A DNA stretch of 64,000 bases from an uncultured Gammaproteobacteria bacterium (GTDB lineage Bacteria > Pseudomonadota > Gammaproteobacteria > UBA6429 > Thiohalophilaceae). The translations under genes and the position numbers were made by a program. Of this stretch, positions 53,014 to 63,350 are shown one piece after another. How positions within the stretch are numbered: position 1 is the first letter of the stretch; each line of letters begins with the position of its first letter. The notes under the pieces are model-generated. The model was not told the origin of the DNA. It saw only the letters and a program-made list of their open reading frames with translations, and did not search any database. The DNA is taken from contig CALBTB010000010.1 in NCBI GenBank assembly GCA_937967995.1, positions 25,410-89,409 of the forward strand, given 5' to 3'.

Positions 53014-54407
53014 GCGTTTACGTTAACAAAGCCTTTTATTATCGTGAGGGCGATAATTTTCAGGTCAAGCATTAGCGACCAGTTCTCGATATAATACAGG
53101 TCGTGAGATATACGCATAGTCAGATCAGTGTCTCCACGCCAGCCATTTACCTGAGCCCAGCCAGTAATACCTGCCTTTACCATATGTTTTTGCATGTAGC
53201 CCGGTATATGTTCCTTAAACTGGTCTACAAATTCAGGTCGTTCCGGGCGTGGGCCAACAATCGACATTTCACCTTTCAGAACATTTATAAACTGAGGTAT
53301 TTCATCAAGGCTGGATCGTCTGAGAAATGATCCAAAGCGAGTAGCACGATTGTCTGTCGATGTAGCCCAGACTGGACCGGTCGTGTCTTCTGCATTAATG
53401 GGCATAGTACGAAATTTTATTATTTTAAATGTTTTACCATTCCAGCCGACTCTTTCCTGATAATAGAATACCGGACCTTTAGATGTGAGTTTTATTATCA
53501 CAGGTATCAGAATAAACAGGGGCGAACAGAATAATAGAAAAATAACGGACAGAATTTTGTCTTCAGCCAGTTTGATCAGGTGATTGGTGCCTGTCATGGG
53601 GCTTTCGCAGAGATTGATAACAGGGATTCCTGCGATATCAGTAAGTGACTGGTTTAATAGCCGTAATTCAAATATGTCCGGAATCATTCGAATATTAAAT
53701 GTATCGTATCTTAATAAATGAAGTGTCTTTTTGATTTTCTCTTCTTCTTTAAGTGGTAATGCAATCCAGATCTCATGAGCACTGTTCTCATTGGCAATTG
53801 TACTTATCTGTTCAAGCTCGCCAAGATTATTAATACTGGAATTCGAATGATTTTCTCCTGGCATATCAATCTGGATTTTCCCAATGATATTCAACCAGTT
53901 ATAACCGGAATTTTGTATCTGACTCGCAACCAGAGAAATATTTTTACCAGTACCAATGAGAATAATATTTGTCTGGTTCCATTTCCTGAAATATCGGGAA
54001 TAAAAGATAGAAAGGAAAATGATTTTTACAGTTACAAGAAACATTGCTCCAGAAATGGACCAATACAGGAACCATAAACGTGAAAAATATTCACCGGTTT
54101 TAGTGAGATAAGCAGTTAACGCCAGCAGGACCATGGCAACCACCCAGGATAAAATTATCCTTTGAAGTGGGTACTGAATTTTGTAATTATTTTGTATTCG
54201 ATATGTGCCTAGCAATCGGGCTGTTATAGTTAAATATAAAGCACCAAAGGCAATTGCTACAGCGTATAGTTCAGTTTCAACGGGTACAGGAAAATCCCGT
54301 AATTGGTAGGTGAACATGCCGGCGCATACTACTGATATGATATCCAGCAGCTGAGCAATTGGCAGAAAAAAGTTTATACGTTTTATATATTCAGTTTTAG
54401 TTTTCAA
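53007..54407 (-). CDS. Undecaprenyl-phosphate hexose-1-phosphate transferase (WbaP/WcaJ-type initiating sugar transferase).
   Basis: The C-terminal bacterial sugar transferase domain (KFRTM...SLDEIPQFINVLKGEMSIVGPRP) and N-terminal TM segments. Confidence 0.88.
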   Translation of the reverse strand: MKTKTEYIKRINFFLPIAQLLDIISVVCAGMFTYQLRDFPVPVETELYAVAIAFGALYLTITARLLGTYRIQNNYKIQYPLQRIILSWVVAMVLLALTAYLTKTGEYFSRLWFLYWSISGAMFLVTVKIIFLSIFYSRYFRKWNQTNIILIGTGKNISLVASQIQNSGYNWLNIIGKIQIDMPGENHSNSSINNLGELEQISTIANENSAHEIWIALPLKEEEKIKKTLHLLRYDTFNIRMIPDIFELRLLNQSLTDIAGIPVINLCESPMTGTNHLIKLAEDKILSVIFLLFCSPLFILIPVIIKLTSKGPVFYYQERVGWNGKTFKIIKFRTMPINAEDTTGPVWATSTDNRATRFGSFLRRSSLDEIPQFINVLKGEMSIVGPRPERPEFVDQFKEHIPGYMQKHMVKAGITGWAQVNGWRGDTDLTMRISHDLYYIENWSLMLDLKIIALTIIKGFVNVNAY

Positions 54408-54417
54408 TATTTTTCTT

Positions 54418-55329
54418 CTAAGTTTGCCAGTACTGTCTGTTCATGCTTAATCTAAACTTTAACTTATCGGGTATGTTTTTCTCATGTCTGCCCAGTTTAT
54501 AAGCTATGTATTTACTAATAGTTCTGAGAATTGCCTCAGGTATATATTGAGGTGAGTTTCGTAATAAGTAGGATAGCTCGGATTTGACAAATTTCAGCCC
54601 GTAGCCACCGGGTTCACCGAATTTATCTATTAACCACCTTTGCTGGTTGTGAAAAGCGCCCGTGTCAAAATACCTGCGAAATTCTTCAGTAATACTGTAA
54701 TCGTGTGAGTGGTAAACACAGGCTTGTGACTGATACGCAACTTTCCAGTTCGCAAGAATAAGTTTTGCACATACATAAGTATCTTCACCGAGAATAACAT
54801 TATCAGGAAATCCGCCAATCTGGCGAAGTGCTGAGACACGATAAGCAGCGAATGAATTCGAAAAGAAAATTAATTTAAAGCCCTGCTTTGCTATTTCGTT
54901 ATGATCTTTTAGTGCAGATGTTGCAGAATAATTAAAGAGTCGCGCATGTGCCTCTATAGGTTTTGCCTGTTTACGCGGTAACTGCCGTCCAAAGGCGGCA
55001 CCGACTGTATTATCAGAAAAAATATCTAGTAGTTCAGAAAGTGAGTGTTCATTTGCGAGTATCGCATCCTGTGTCAGATAAACCACGATATCAATATCAT
55101 CCAGCATATTCAGGGCTAATTGTCGTGTTCCGCCATGATTGAAATCTGATTTATTGATTTCATGAACCTCAAAATTACTCTGCCGAGAGAGTATTACCGT
55201 GTTGTCCTCTGAACCAGAATCTATTATCAGAACGGAATGGACTTTCTGGGACTGGCTTTTGAAAGCCTCTATCCAGTCATTCCAGAATGTACCGGCATTG
55301 AGAGTGGGAACGATTACGGCAATCTTCAT
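54418..55329 (-). CDS. Family-2 glycosyltransferase.
   Basis: MKIAVIVPTLN...IIDSGSEDNT. Confidence 0.8.
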   Translation of the reverse strand: MKIAVIVPTLNAGTFWNDWIEAFKSQSQKVHSVLIIDSGSEDNTVILSRQSNFEVHEINKSDFNHGGTRQLALNMLDDIDIVVYLTQDAILANEHSLSELLDIFSDNTVGAAFGRQLPRKQAKPIEAHARLFNYSATSALKDHNEIAKQGFKLIFFSNSFAAYRVSALRQIGGFPDNVILGEDTYVCAKLILANWKVAYQSQACVYHSHDYSITEEFRRYFDTGAFHNQQRWLIDKFGEPGGYGLKFVKSELSYLLRNSPQYIPEAILRTISKYIAYKLGRHEKNIPDKLKFRLSMNRQYWQT

Positions 55330-55436
55330 GCTTTTTACGCTATTGTGAGTATGTTGCGAGTAATGATTATATTATTCTTTTTTCAGGCAATTCAGCTGGC
55401 TTAATGATGACTGGTTTAGTATGAAGCAGACAACAA

Positions 55437-55886
55437 TTAAATCGGCGCTGTCAAATAAAACCGCCCTTGCCAGGTTTCATGACAGAAATCGAGTTCCAGT
55501 TGTGATGGCGATACATTGTTGATTGCCGGATTATCAAACTGCTGTTTTACCGGGTAATGCATGGCAAATTCCACCGGATCGCAGGCAGTTGCCTGAACGG
55601 CGCGAAACACAATCATCAACGACGAACTGACCTGAATCGCTTGCAATTCGAGTGTCTCGTGAAACAGTACCCGCATTTTCACCAGACAGCTGAAGTAGAG
55701 TTGCATCTCCACAATCAGGGGTCGGTTACGTTGTGTCAGGGCTATATCGGCACGTTCTGTCCAGTGGATAGTGAGGGGTTTGTTGTTCAATGTGAACGTC
55801 TCTGAGTGTTTGTACGGGTTTAACCAGCGATCGACAGAATGGATCGGGTTAGCAAAAGCGAACAGGCTGGCATTAAAATTCAACAT
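55437..55886 (-). CDS. Hypothetical protein, 149 aa, with normal GC.
   Basis: Long ORF with protein-like composition. I recognise no family. Confidence 0.45.
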   Translation of the reverse strand: MLNFNASLFAFANPIHSVDRWLNPYKHSETFTLNNKPLTIHWTERADIALTQRNRPLIVEMQLYFSCLVKMRVLFHETLELQAIQVSSSLMIVFRAVQATACDPVEFAMHYPVKQQFDNPAINNVSPSQLELDFCHETWQGRFYLTAPI

Positions 55887-55963
55887 ATAACTAGATTAGC
55901 ATGCAAAGTACGTTGCACATATAAATGTAACTATATGATTTATATAATAAAAATGACATTAAA

Positions 55964-55991
55964 TTGAACCCTTGCAGCGTTTGGGTATAAT
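55964..55991 (+). promoter_or_regulatory. Sigma-70 promoter for typA, with TTGAAC as -35, a 16-bp spacer and TATAAT as -10.
   Basis: Consensus-quality hexamers. They overlap the TTG-start ORF extension in the ORF track. Confidence 0.6.
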
Positions 55992-56019
55992 GCGCGCACT
56001 TTTCAAGAGGTACCCCAGC

Positions 56020-57846
56020 GTGAATTCACTTCAGAACCTGCGCAATATTGCCATCATTGCGCACGTCGATCATGGCAAGACCACCCTGGTAGACAAGTTG
56101 CTGTCCCAGTCCGGCACACTCGATACCCGTGGTGGCGTGGAAGAGCGGATCATGGACTCCAATGACCTGGAGCGTGAGCGCGGCATTACGATTCTTTCCA
56201 AGAACACCGCCATTACCTGGCAGGACTATCGTATCAACATCGTCGATACACCGGGTCACGCCGATTTCGGTGGCGAGGTAGAGCGGGTGCTATCCATGGT
56301 GGATTCCGTGTTACTGCTGGTGGATGCCGTAGATGGCCCGATGCCACAGACCCGCTTTGTAACGCAAAAAGCGCTGGCACGCGGACTGCGTCCGATCGTG
56401 GTGATCAACAAAATCGATCGGGATGGCGCGCGCCCCGACTGGGTGCTGGATCAGACCTTTGATCTGTTTGATCGCCTCGGTGCGACCGATGAGCAACTGG
56501 ATTTCCCGGTGGTGTATGCCTCGGCCTTGCAGGGTTATGCCGGACTCGAAAATAACGTGCGGCAAGGCGATATGACGCCGTTGTTTGAAACCATTATCAA
56601 ACATGTGCCACCACCGGATGTGGATGTCGATGGTCCCTTGCAATTGCAGGTCAGTTCGCTGGATTACAATTCATATGTTGGTGTTATCGGTATCGGTCGC
56701 ATCACCCGTGGTCGACTGAAAACCGGTACCCCGGTGACGATCATCGATCCAAAAGGCAGGACACGCAATGCCCGTGTTCAGCAGGTTATGCGTTTAATGG
56801 GGCTCAAGCGAGATGAGATCCCCGAAGCCCAGGCCGGTGACATTATTGCCTTTACCGGCGTCGATCCGCTGTTTATATCCGACACCCTGTGTGATCAGTC
56901 CAAAGTTGAGGCGTTACCGCCACTCACCGTGGATGAACCGACGGTATCCATGACTTTCCAGGTCAACAAGTCGCCGTTTGCCGGTCGGGTCGGCAAGTAC
57001 ATTACCTCGCGGCAAATCCAGGCGAGACTGGATCAGGAACTGCTGCATAACGTGGCGCTGCGTGTCGATGCGACTGAAGATCCGGACAAGTTCCGTGTTT
57101 CAGGACGCGGTGAACTGCATCTGTCGATTCTGATTGAAAACATGCGGCGCGAAGGTTACGAACTGGGTGTGTCACGACCTGAAGTGATCTTTAAGCAGGT
57201 CGATGGCGTTCGCCACGAGCCTTATGAACAACTCACCGTGGATGTGGAAGAACAGCATCAGGGTGCGGTGATGGAAAAACTCGGTGAACGCGGTGGTGAA
57301 CTGCGGGACATGCAGCCAGATGGAAAAGGGCGTGTCCGTCTTGAATACAATATTCCGGCGCGGGGATTAATCGGGTTTCGTACCGAATTTCTGACCGCCA
57401 CTCAGGGGACCGGGTTGATTTACCATGTCTTCGATCGTTACGCGCCAGCCAAAACCGGCGACATCGGCCAGCGCATTAATGGTGTGCTGATTGCAAATTC
57501 AACCGGCAAGGCACTGGCCTATGCGCTGTTTAATCTGCAGGAACGCGGTCGGCTCTTCATCGGCCACAGTGACGAAGTCTATGAGGGTATGATCGTGGGT
57601 ATTCACTCGCGCAGCAACGACCTGGTGGTGAATCCACTCAAGGCCAAGCAGCTCACCAATATTCGTGCTGCCGGTTCGGACGAAAACCTGATCCTGACAC
57701 CGCCGATTCGCATGACCCTGGAACAGGCACTGGAGTTTATCGACGATGATGAACTGGTAGAAGTGACGCCGGGAGCGATTCGGTTACGCAAGAAATACCT
57801 CAAGGAACATGAGCGCAAGTCCATGTCTCGAGTGGCATCCTCGTAA
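56020..57846 (+). CDS. typA: Translational GTPase TypA/BipA.
   Basis: [15 protein letters not shown] and an EF-G-like domain set. I call the start as the GTG at 56020, downstream of the promoter, with an aagagg RBS. Confidence 0.93.
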   Translation: MNSLQNLRNIAIIAHVDHGKTTLVDKLLSQSGTLDTRGGVEERIMDSNDLERERGITILSKNTAITWQDYRINIVDTPGHADFGGEVERVLSMVDSVLLLVDAVDGPMPQTRFVTQKALARGLRPIVVINKIDRDGARPDWVLDQTFDLFDRLGATDEQLDFPVVYASALQGYAGLENNVRQGDMTPLFETIIKHVPPPDVDVDGPLQLQVSSLDYNSYVGVIGIGRITRGRLKTGTPVTIIDPKGRTRNARVQQVMRLMGLKRDEIPEAQAGDIIAFTGVDPLFISDTLCDQSKVEALPPLTVDEPTVSMTFQVNKSPFAGRVGKYITSRQIQARLDQELLHNVALRVDATEDPDKFRVSGRGELHLSILIENMRREGYELGVSRPEVIFKQVDGVRHEPYEQLTVDVEEQHQGAVMEKLGERGGELRDMQPDGKGRVRLEYNIPARGLIGFRTEFLTATQGTGLIYHVFDRYAPAKTGDIGQRINGVLIANSTGKALAYALFNLQERGRLFIGHSDEVYEGMIVGIHSRSNDLVVNPLKAKQLTNIRAAGSDENLILTPPIRMTLEQALEFIDDDELVEVTPGAIRLRKKYLKEHERKSMSRVASS

Positions 57847-57867
57847 AGCGGATACCCGTATCTAAGC

Positions 57868-57900
57868 CTGAAAAGCGACGGCCCTGTATATACAGGGCCG
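57868..57900 (-). terminator. Rho-independent terminator for cspA (cggccctgta/tacagggccg, then tcgctttt on the minus strand).
   Basis: A perfect 10-bp stem between the convergent typA and csp genes. Confidence 0.7.
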
Positions 57901-57919
57901 CATACAATTCAGATTGGAA

Positions 57920-58126
57920 TCAGTTCTTTATACTGACTTCCTTAGCCTGGGGGCCTTTCGGTCCATCTTCCACGCCATAAGTGACCGCCTGGCCTTCTTT
58001 AAGCGTTTTGAACCCATCGCCGACAATACCACTGAAATGGACGAATACATCTTTGCCGCCGTCGTCTGGAGTAATAAAGCCGAACCCTTTCGTTTCGTTA
58101 AACCACTTAACTGTACCCGTATGCAT
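57920..58126 (-). CDS. cspA: Cold-shock protein, CspA family.
   Basis: [29 protein letters not shown], 68 aa, with a long 5'UTR upstream. Confidence 0.93.
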   Translation of the reverse strand: MHTGTVKWFNETKGFGFITPDDGGKDVFVHFSGIVGDGFKTLKEGQAVTYGVEDGPKGPQAKEVSIKN

Positions 58127-58313
58127 AGAACTTAAAACCTCTTTCAAAAACAAAAACATTTACCTTGTCTGCAAATAATCAGGCTGATTTCCCACAGACA
58201 ACATGGCAAGTTTAGACTATTTGGGGCCTAAAAAGACATTTTTTTCGAGTCCGGGCGCCCACTTTTAGGATTCAGGTTGACGTGACAAATGTTAACAAGT
58301 AGCGTTACGCGCC

Positions 58314-59327
58314 ATGGATATCCTGACTCAAGGTCTGGTTGGGGCGGCCATGGCACAGACCATCGCCAACAGGCAGGAAACCAGACGGGCTGCACTGGTT
58401 GGATTGGTCGCCGGTCTCGCAGCAGATGCTGATATATTGATAGATTCGTCACAGGATCCCCTGCTGACACTTGAATACCACCGCCATTTCACACACTCGA
58501 TTTTTTTTATACCGTTCGGTGCAGTCATCGTCATGCTTTTGTTATGGCCATTCATGCGCCAGCATCTGCGTCCGGCCCGGCTCTACCTCTATTGCCTGAT
58601 GGGGTTCAGCCTCAGTGGTGTCATCGACGCCTTTACCAGTTATGGAACACACCTGTTCTGGCCGTTGAGTAATGAGCGGGTTGCCTGGAGCCTGATTTCC
58701 ATCATAGATCCCATCTTTACGGGCATCCTGCTGGTCAGCCTGATCGTCGCGCTGATTCGACTGCAACCGAAATCCGCACAAATTGGGATGCTGTTATGTG
58801 CGGGTTACCTGGTGATCGGGTTTGTTCAGCACGAACGGGCCGCAAAAGCGGGCAGGGAACTGGCTGCACAGCGCGGTCATGTAATCGAAGAGCAGCGGGT
58901 CAAGCCCGGTTTTGCCAACCTTGTTTTGTGGCGTTCAATCTATATATCGGAAGGTAAGATCTACGTTGATGCGGTGCGGCTGACAGGTCAGGTCAGCGTT
59001 TATGCAGGTGATTCGATTCCCCTGTTGCAGCCCCGGGACGTCGATGCCATAGCGCCACCCGGCAGTGTGCTAAACCAGGACATTAAACGGTTCGCCTATT
59101 TTTCGGATAATTTTATTGCGTTTATACCGGGCCGCGATAATGCCATTGCCGATATACGCTACAGCATGCTACCGACGTCACTGGAACCGTTATGGGGCAT
59201 CGAGTTTGACCGGACCCAACCCGATAAGCATGCACAGTTCGTGACGTACCGTCGTACGACGCCCGAGATCCGTAGCGCATTTATGAATATGCTGACCGGA
59301 AAAACACAAGCACAGGAACAGCCATGA
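58314..59327 (+). CDS. Membrane-bound metal-dependent hydrolase, YdjM family (DUF457), with an extended C-terminal domain.
   Basis: The N-terminal motif MDILTQGLVGAA...YHRHFTHS, 337 aa. Confidence 0.65.
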   Translation: MDILTQGLVGAAMAQTIANRQETRRAALVGLVAGLAADADILIDSSQDPLLTLEYHRHFTHSIFFIPFGAVIVMLLLWPFMRQHLRPARLYLYCLMGFSLSGVIDAFTSYGTHLFWPLSNERVAWSLISIIDPIFTGILLVSLIVALIRLQPKSAQIGMLLCAGYLVIGFVQHERAAKAGRELAAQRGHVIEEQRVKPGFANLVLWRSIYISEGKIYVDAVRLTGQVSVYAGDSIPLLQPRDVDAIAPPGSVLNQDIKRFAYFSDNFIAFIPGRDNAIADIRYSMLPTSLEPLWGIEFDRTQPDKHAQFVTYRRTTPEIRSAFMNMLTGKTQAQEQP

Positions 59328-59734
59328 GTAATCGAGTGATTGTAAAACGAGACGGGCCGCTGGTTGTCTATGGTGATATCACCGTAGAGGCGGCCGATGG
59401 AACAAAACTGCTGCATGATGACACGGTTTATCTGTGCCGTTGTGGCCATTCCAAAAACAAGCCGTTTTGCGATGGCGAACACAAGCGTCATGAGTTTGTC
59501 GACCGTGGTGAAGTCCATGACGAAAAAGCGGAGGATCCTCAGGCAGAGGCAGGCCTGATCATTACTTTGCGTAACAATGCCATGCTGATCGCTAAGGGTC
59601 CGATGTCAATTGAATCAGAAGACGGAAAATTCAAGACCACGCGCAACAAGGCGGCATTCTGTCGTTGTGGCCAGTCCGAAAACAAACCGTTCTGCGATGC
59701 CAACCACAAGCAGTGTGGTTTTGTCTCTGAATAA
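59324..59734 (+). CDS. CDGSH-type iron-sulfur domain protein (two motifs), translationally coupled to the ydjM-like gene.
   Basis: CRCGHSKNKPFCDGEH and CRCGQSENKPFCDANH, with an ATGA overlap. Confidence 0.85.
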   Translation: MSNRVIVKRDGPLVVYGDITVEAADGTKLLHDDTVYLCRCGHSKNKPFCDGEHKRHEFVDRGEVHDEKAEDPQAEAGLIITLRNNAMLIAKGPMSIESEDGKFKTTRNKAAFCRCGQSENKPFCDANHKQCGFVSE

Positions 59735-59736
59735 TG

Positions 59737-60543
59737 CTAAACAGGATTAGCGTTGGTAAAGATATCCTTCCAGGCGGCGTAAATGGCGGCCATGGCGACC
59801 GGCCACATTACAAATAGTCCAAGCCCAAATGGAATGAGGGCGATAATAAAAAACACCATTAGCATAATGCCGAACAGGATAATCGGTAGCAGGTTGCGCA
59901 TGCTGCCGCTAAAACTCAGTTTGATGGAAGCAAACGCTTCCTGGTCGTGCAAAATCACCAGCGGCGGTGATAGCCAGAATGCCAGGCTCAGTAACAGAAT
60001 CGTGATAATCAGGAACGGAATGAAAATGATAAAGGCGGCACCGGCAAACATGGCGTTGGGATCAGGCTGATCAACACCCGATTCAGACAGAAAAATGGCC
60101 GAGCCAAACAGGGCGAACATGACAATGACAATAACGATGGCATAAAGAATCATAATTCCCAGTTGTAGTGCACCCAGTACGGCAAGATTGCTGCCCTTTT
60201 CCTTGAACCCGCAAAACAGGTGATTTACCTCGTATTCGCCATTGGTATCGATGGTGTGGGTACCGCGCATCAGACCGCCGATAAATATCGGTTGCAGAAT
60301 ATAGTTGACAATCGAGATGACCGGTATGAGTGCGATGAAAATAGTAATGATGAAAAACAGGATCATGTTAACAATCCAGATCCCCGGGCTTCTGGCAAAC
60401 AGGCGAAATCCCTCGGCAATCCAGGCCCAGCTGCGGCCAGCTGTCAGTTTGCGTGGCTCAACGAGTGCCCAGACATCATCGGATACGGCCTCAACAACAT
60501 CGACATTGGTAGCGGGTGGTTGATAGGGATTGTCACTGCTCAT
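59737..60543 (-). CDS. Multi-pass integral membrane protein of unknown function, downstream of the Ser/Thr kinase.
   Basis: N-terminal MSSDNPYQPP followed by about 6 TM segments, 268 aa. Confidence 0.6.
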   Translation of the reverse strand: MSSDNPYQPPATNVDVVEAVSDDVWALVEPRKLTAGRSWAWIAEGFRLFARSPGIWIVNMILFFIITIFIALIPVISIVNYILQPIFIGGLMRGTHTIDTNGEYEVNHLFCGFKEKGSNLAVLGALQLGIMILYAIVIVIVMFALFGSAIFLSESGVDQPDPNAMFAGAAFIIFIPFLIITILLLSLAFWLSPPLVILHDQEAFASIKLSFSGSMRNLLPIILFGIMLMVFFIIALIPFGLGLFVMWPVAMAAIYAAWKDIFTNANPV

Positions 60544-60614
60544 GGCGTCCTCTTTATTATCGTTATTTATTCGGTTATGCGTTGAGTATAGTACAGTTGT
60601 ATGCTGCCTCTCAC

Positions 60615-63128
60615 TTATTCAGCTGCATTTGGAATGGAAATGGTGATGACAGTATCCAGTACTGTTTGTGATTGCAGGTCAATTTTCAGGCGATATTGCC
60701 CAGCCGCAAACAGCCCTGATGGATGATCAATATGAAACAGGTGTTCACCGCTTTTATCGCTGACAATCAGTTTTTTCTGTATGGGTCGGTTATTCTCTCC
60801 GACGATGGTCGCGGTTAATAATGAAGTGCTGCTTGTGAAATTATTATAGGTAAAACCAAAGTGCAGTCGCTGGGTGGGGTTGACCACCGATTGCTCTTTC
60901 AATAAGGATCCCAGTGGTGCATCACTGTAAAGCATGTGTGTAATGCGCGGTGCGCGACTCGTAATCGCATTCTGCAATTTATCCCGCGTTTTATCCAGTA
61001 AGGCGCTGTTAGGATAACGCGCTAATCCCTGGTTAAGTATATCGCCAGCCTGCTTCAGTTTGTTCTCCCAGATGGCGGTATTGATCTGCCTGTTAAGGTA
61101 AACCTCAATTTTACGTAAACCTTCACTGGCTTTTTTGTTACGGCCATCTTCTTTTAATACTGCGTTATATAAATCGTAGGCACTTTCACCGGTTGGCTGA
61201 ATCACTTTGCCGGCCTGAAACTGGGCTTCAGCCTGAATGAGTCGTGACAGAATACGATTCTGTTTTTCTATCTCGCGTGCCAGGGTCTTTTTGAGAGTCA
61301 GTAAACCTTCATGTTGCGTATCCGCGGTGAGGCCAAGTTCAACGGTGGCGAGGGCCTCGTGCAGTTTGCCTTGCCTGTATTGCTGCTGACCGGTTTTCAG
61401 ATGTAATTGCGTAATGTTGTCGATGCCAGCCAAGGCTTCCTGGTGAGCCGGGTCGATAGCCAGCACCGCCTGCCATTCATCCAGTGCATTGGCGCCGGCC
61501 GGCACCAGATAATCGCCGCGTGCGAAATATTCCTGGGCCTTCTCGAGGTGACTTTGGATAGCTTCCTGTCGCAGTAACTGTTGTTCGATCAGCAATAATG
61601 GCTGTGGAACAAAGTCAGCGCCCAGGTTCTGTCGTGCTTCGCTGATCAGTTTTCGGGCCGTAGTGGTATTTTGTTCATCCACTGAGGCGCGTATCTGCAG
61701 GATGTACCATTTACCCAGTTGCTCCATGCCGTCCAGGCCGAGTTGATCCTGCGGGTTGTGGGCAAGCAACGCCCTGTATTCCTTTGTTAGTGGTGCAATG
61801 AGTTCCGGTCGGGTCTCGACCTGTTGCAGAATGTCCGGTTGATTTGCCAGTGTGATTTCCGGTGCTGGCGAATTTTGCGGTGCCGTCGGTTGCGGTGGTG
61901 CTGTCGTATCAGGTGGGGTTTCTGCTACCGGCGATGACGGAGTAGTTTGTGCTGATTCAAGTGATGCCATCCATGACTCGAGTTGCGGTTGCACTCGTGT
62001 GTGCCACAAGTTGTTGAGTCTGTCCCGGTGCATATAGCCCAGGCCAGCCAGCAGCAGGGCAAACACAAGAAACAGCAACCAGCGGCGACGTTTACGCAGT
62101 CGCTTGAAGTCATCCGATTCGGTAATGTCCAGTGACGTGGTTGAACGTGGAGTTGCAGTCCTGGGTGTTTGTGGCCGACTCACGACCGGTTGTTGAGAAT
62201 ACTGCGGCGCCGAGACTTCTTCGGACACCATGGTTCGCGCATGGTAATCCTTGCCTTTTTTCTTCAGGGCATCGGCCTTGGCATCGATGTAATCCAGTTC
62301 CGCTTCCGGAATCGCATCCAGTGCCTGAAAAAAATCACCGGCGGTCGCATAGCGGTGATCCGGATCTTTGGACAGACAAATGTTGATGATCGGTTGAAAG
62401 ATTTCCAGTCCCGGCGGTAATTCAGGAATCGGTTCTGAAATATGTTTAATTCCAATCGCGACCATGGATGGCCCGTCATAGGGAATATATCCGGCCAGAC
62501 ACTGAAACAACACCACACCAAGACTGTATATATCGGAGCGATGATCTACCTTGAGCCCCTTGGTCTGTTCCGGACTCATATAATAAGGTGTGCCAATGGT
62601 TTTACCGGTGACGGTCAGGCCGCGTGTGGCATCCAGGCTGCGAGCAATACCAAAGTCGGTCAGGATGGCGCGGCCATCTTCATGTAGCAGAATATTTTCC
62701 GGTTTGATGTCCCGATGTACATAGCCCTTTTTGCCGGCGTAATCGAGCGCCTGTGCCATTTGCTTGATGATGCCGATTTTCTGTTTGCGACTGAGCAGGT
62801 CACGGGCATCACGCAGGTTTTTACCCGGTACATACTCCATCGACATGTAATGGCAACCCTGGTGTACGCCGGCATCGTAAACCGTGACAATGTTGGGGTG
62901 GTTAAGGCTGCTGATGATGCGCGCTTCGGCAAGAAAACGATCCGTGAATGTCTCGTCTGTGTGATCCGGTGCCAGAATCTTGAGTGCCACCTGGCGCCCG
63001 ATGCTTTCCTGAACCGCCAGGTAAACCACGGCCATGCCCCCCTTACCGAGGACATCCTTGATTTCATATCCCGGCAGGTTGACGACAGATGCCACCTGGC
63101 TGGCTGTTGATTTGGGTTTCTGTTTCAT
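60615..63128 (-). CDS. Hanks-type Ser/Thr protein kinase with a Pro-rich linker, one TM segment and a large periplasmic TPR-like domain.
   Basis: VHRDIKPENILL, DFGIA and GTPYYMSPEQ, 837 aa. Confidence 0.9.
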   Translation of the reverse strand: MKQKPKSTASQVASVVNLPGYEIKDVLGKGGMAVVYLAVQESIGRQVALKILAPDHTDETFTDRFLAEARIISSLNHPNIVTVYDAGVHQGCHYMSMEYVPGKNLRDARDLLSRKQKIGIIKQMAQALDYAGKKGYVHRDIKPENILLHEDGRAILTDFGIARSLDATRGLTVTGKTIGTPYYMSPEQTKGLKVDHRSDIYSLGVVLFQCLAGYIPYDGPSMVAIGIKHISEPIPELPPGLEIFQPIINICLSKDPDHRYATAGDFFQALDAIPEAELDYIDAKADALKKKGKDYHARTMVSEEVSAPQYSQQPVVSRPQTPRTATPRSTTSLDITESDDFKRLRKRRRWLLFLVFALLLAGLGYMHRDRLNNLWHTRVQPQLESWMASLESAQTTPSSPVAETPPDTTAPPQPTAPQNSPAPEITLANQPDILQQVETRPELIAPLTKEYRALLAHNPQDQLGLDGMEQLGKWYILQIRASVDEQNTTTARKLISEARQNLGADFVPQPLLLIEQQLLRQEAIQSHLEKAQEYFARGDYLVPAGANALDEWQAVLAIDPAHQEALAGIDNITQLHLKTGQQQYRQGKLHEALATVELGLTADTQHEGLLTLKKTLAREIEKQNRILSRLIQAEAQFQAGKVIQPTGESAYDLYNAVLKEDGRNKKASEGLRKIEVYLNRQINTAIWENKLKQAGDILNQGLARYPNSALLDKTRDKLQNAITSRAPRITHMLYSDAPLGSLLKEQSVVNPTQRLHFGFTYNNFTSSTSLLTATIVGENNRPIQKKLIVSDKSGEHLFHIDHPSGLFAAGQYRLKIDLQSQTVLDTVITISIPNAAE

Positions 63129-63252
63129 AACGATGCCGAATTGGCCTGCTGACTGTGTATCGGCAGCCCGACGGTATTTTTCAGATTGTTCCCCACATAA
63201 GTGATTGAATTCACAGGCCCAGCCTACAGAGTGTAGACGCTAAATGAGAATC

Positions 63253-63281
63253 TTGACATGTTTAAAACTGCCCCCATAATA
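63253..63281 (+). promoter_or_regulatory. Sigma-70 promoter (TTGACA-N16/17-CATAAT) for tusE.
   Basis: Near-consensus hexamers about 70 nt upstream of the ATG. Confidence 0.5.
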
Positions 63282-63350
63282 ATTGAGCAGAACAGTCGGA
63301 TATTGACCGGCAATTGCTAAGATAAAACTCGAAAGATCAAGGAGTTAGTT

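Noticed and set aside
55972-56019. ORF-track N-terminal extension of typA (MQRLGIMRALFKRYPS).
   Set aside because: It starts on a TTG embedded in the -35/-10 promoter hexamers. The GTG at 56020 gives a canonical TypA N-terminus.
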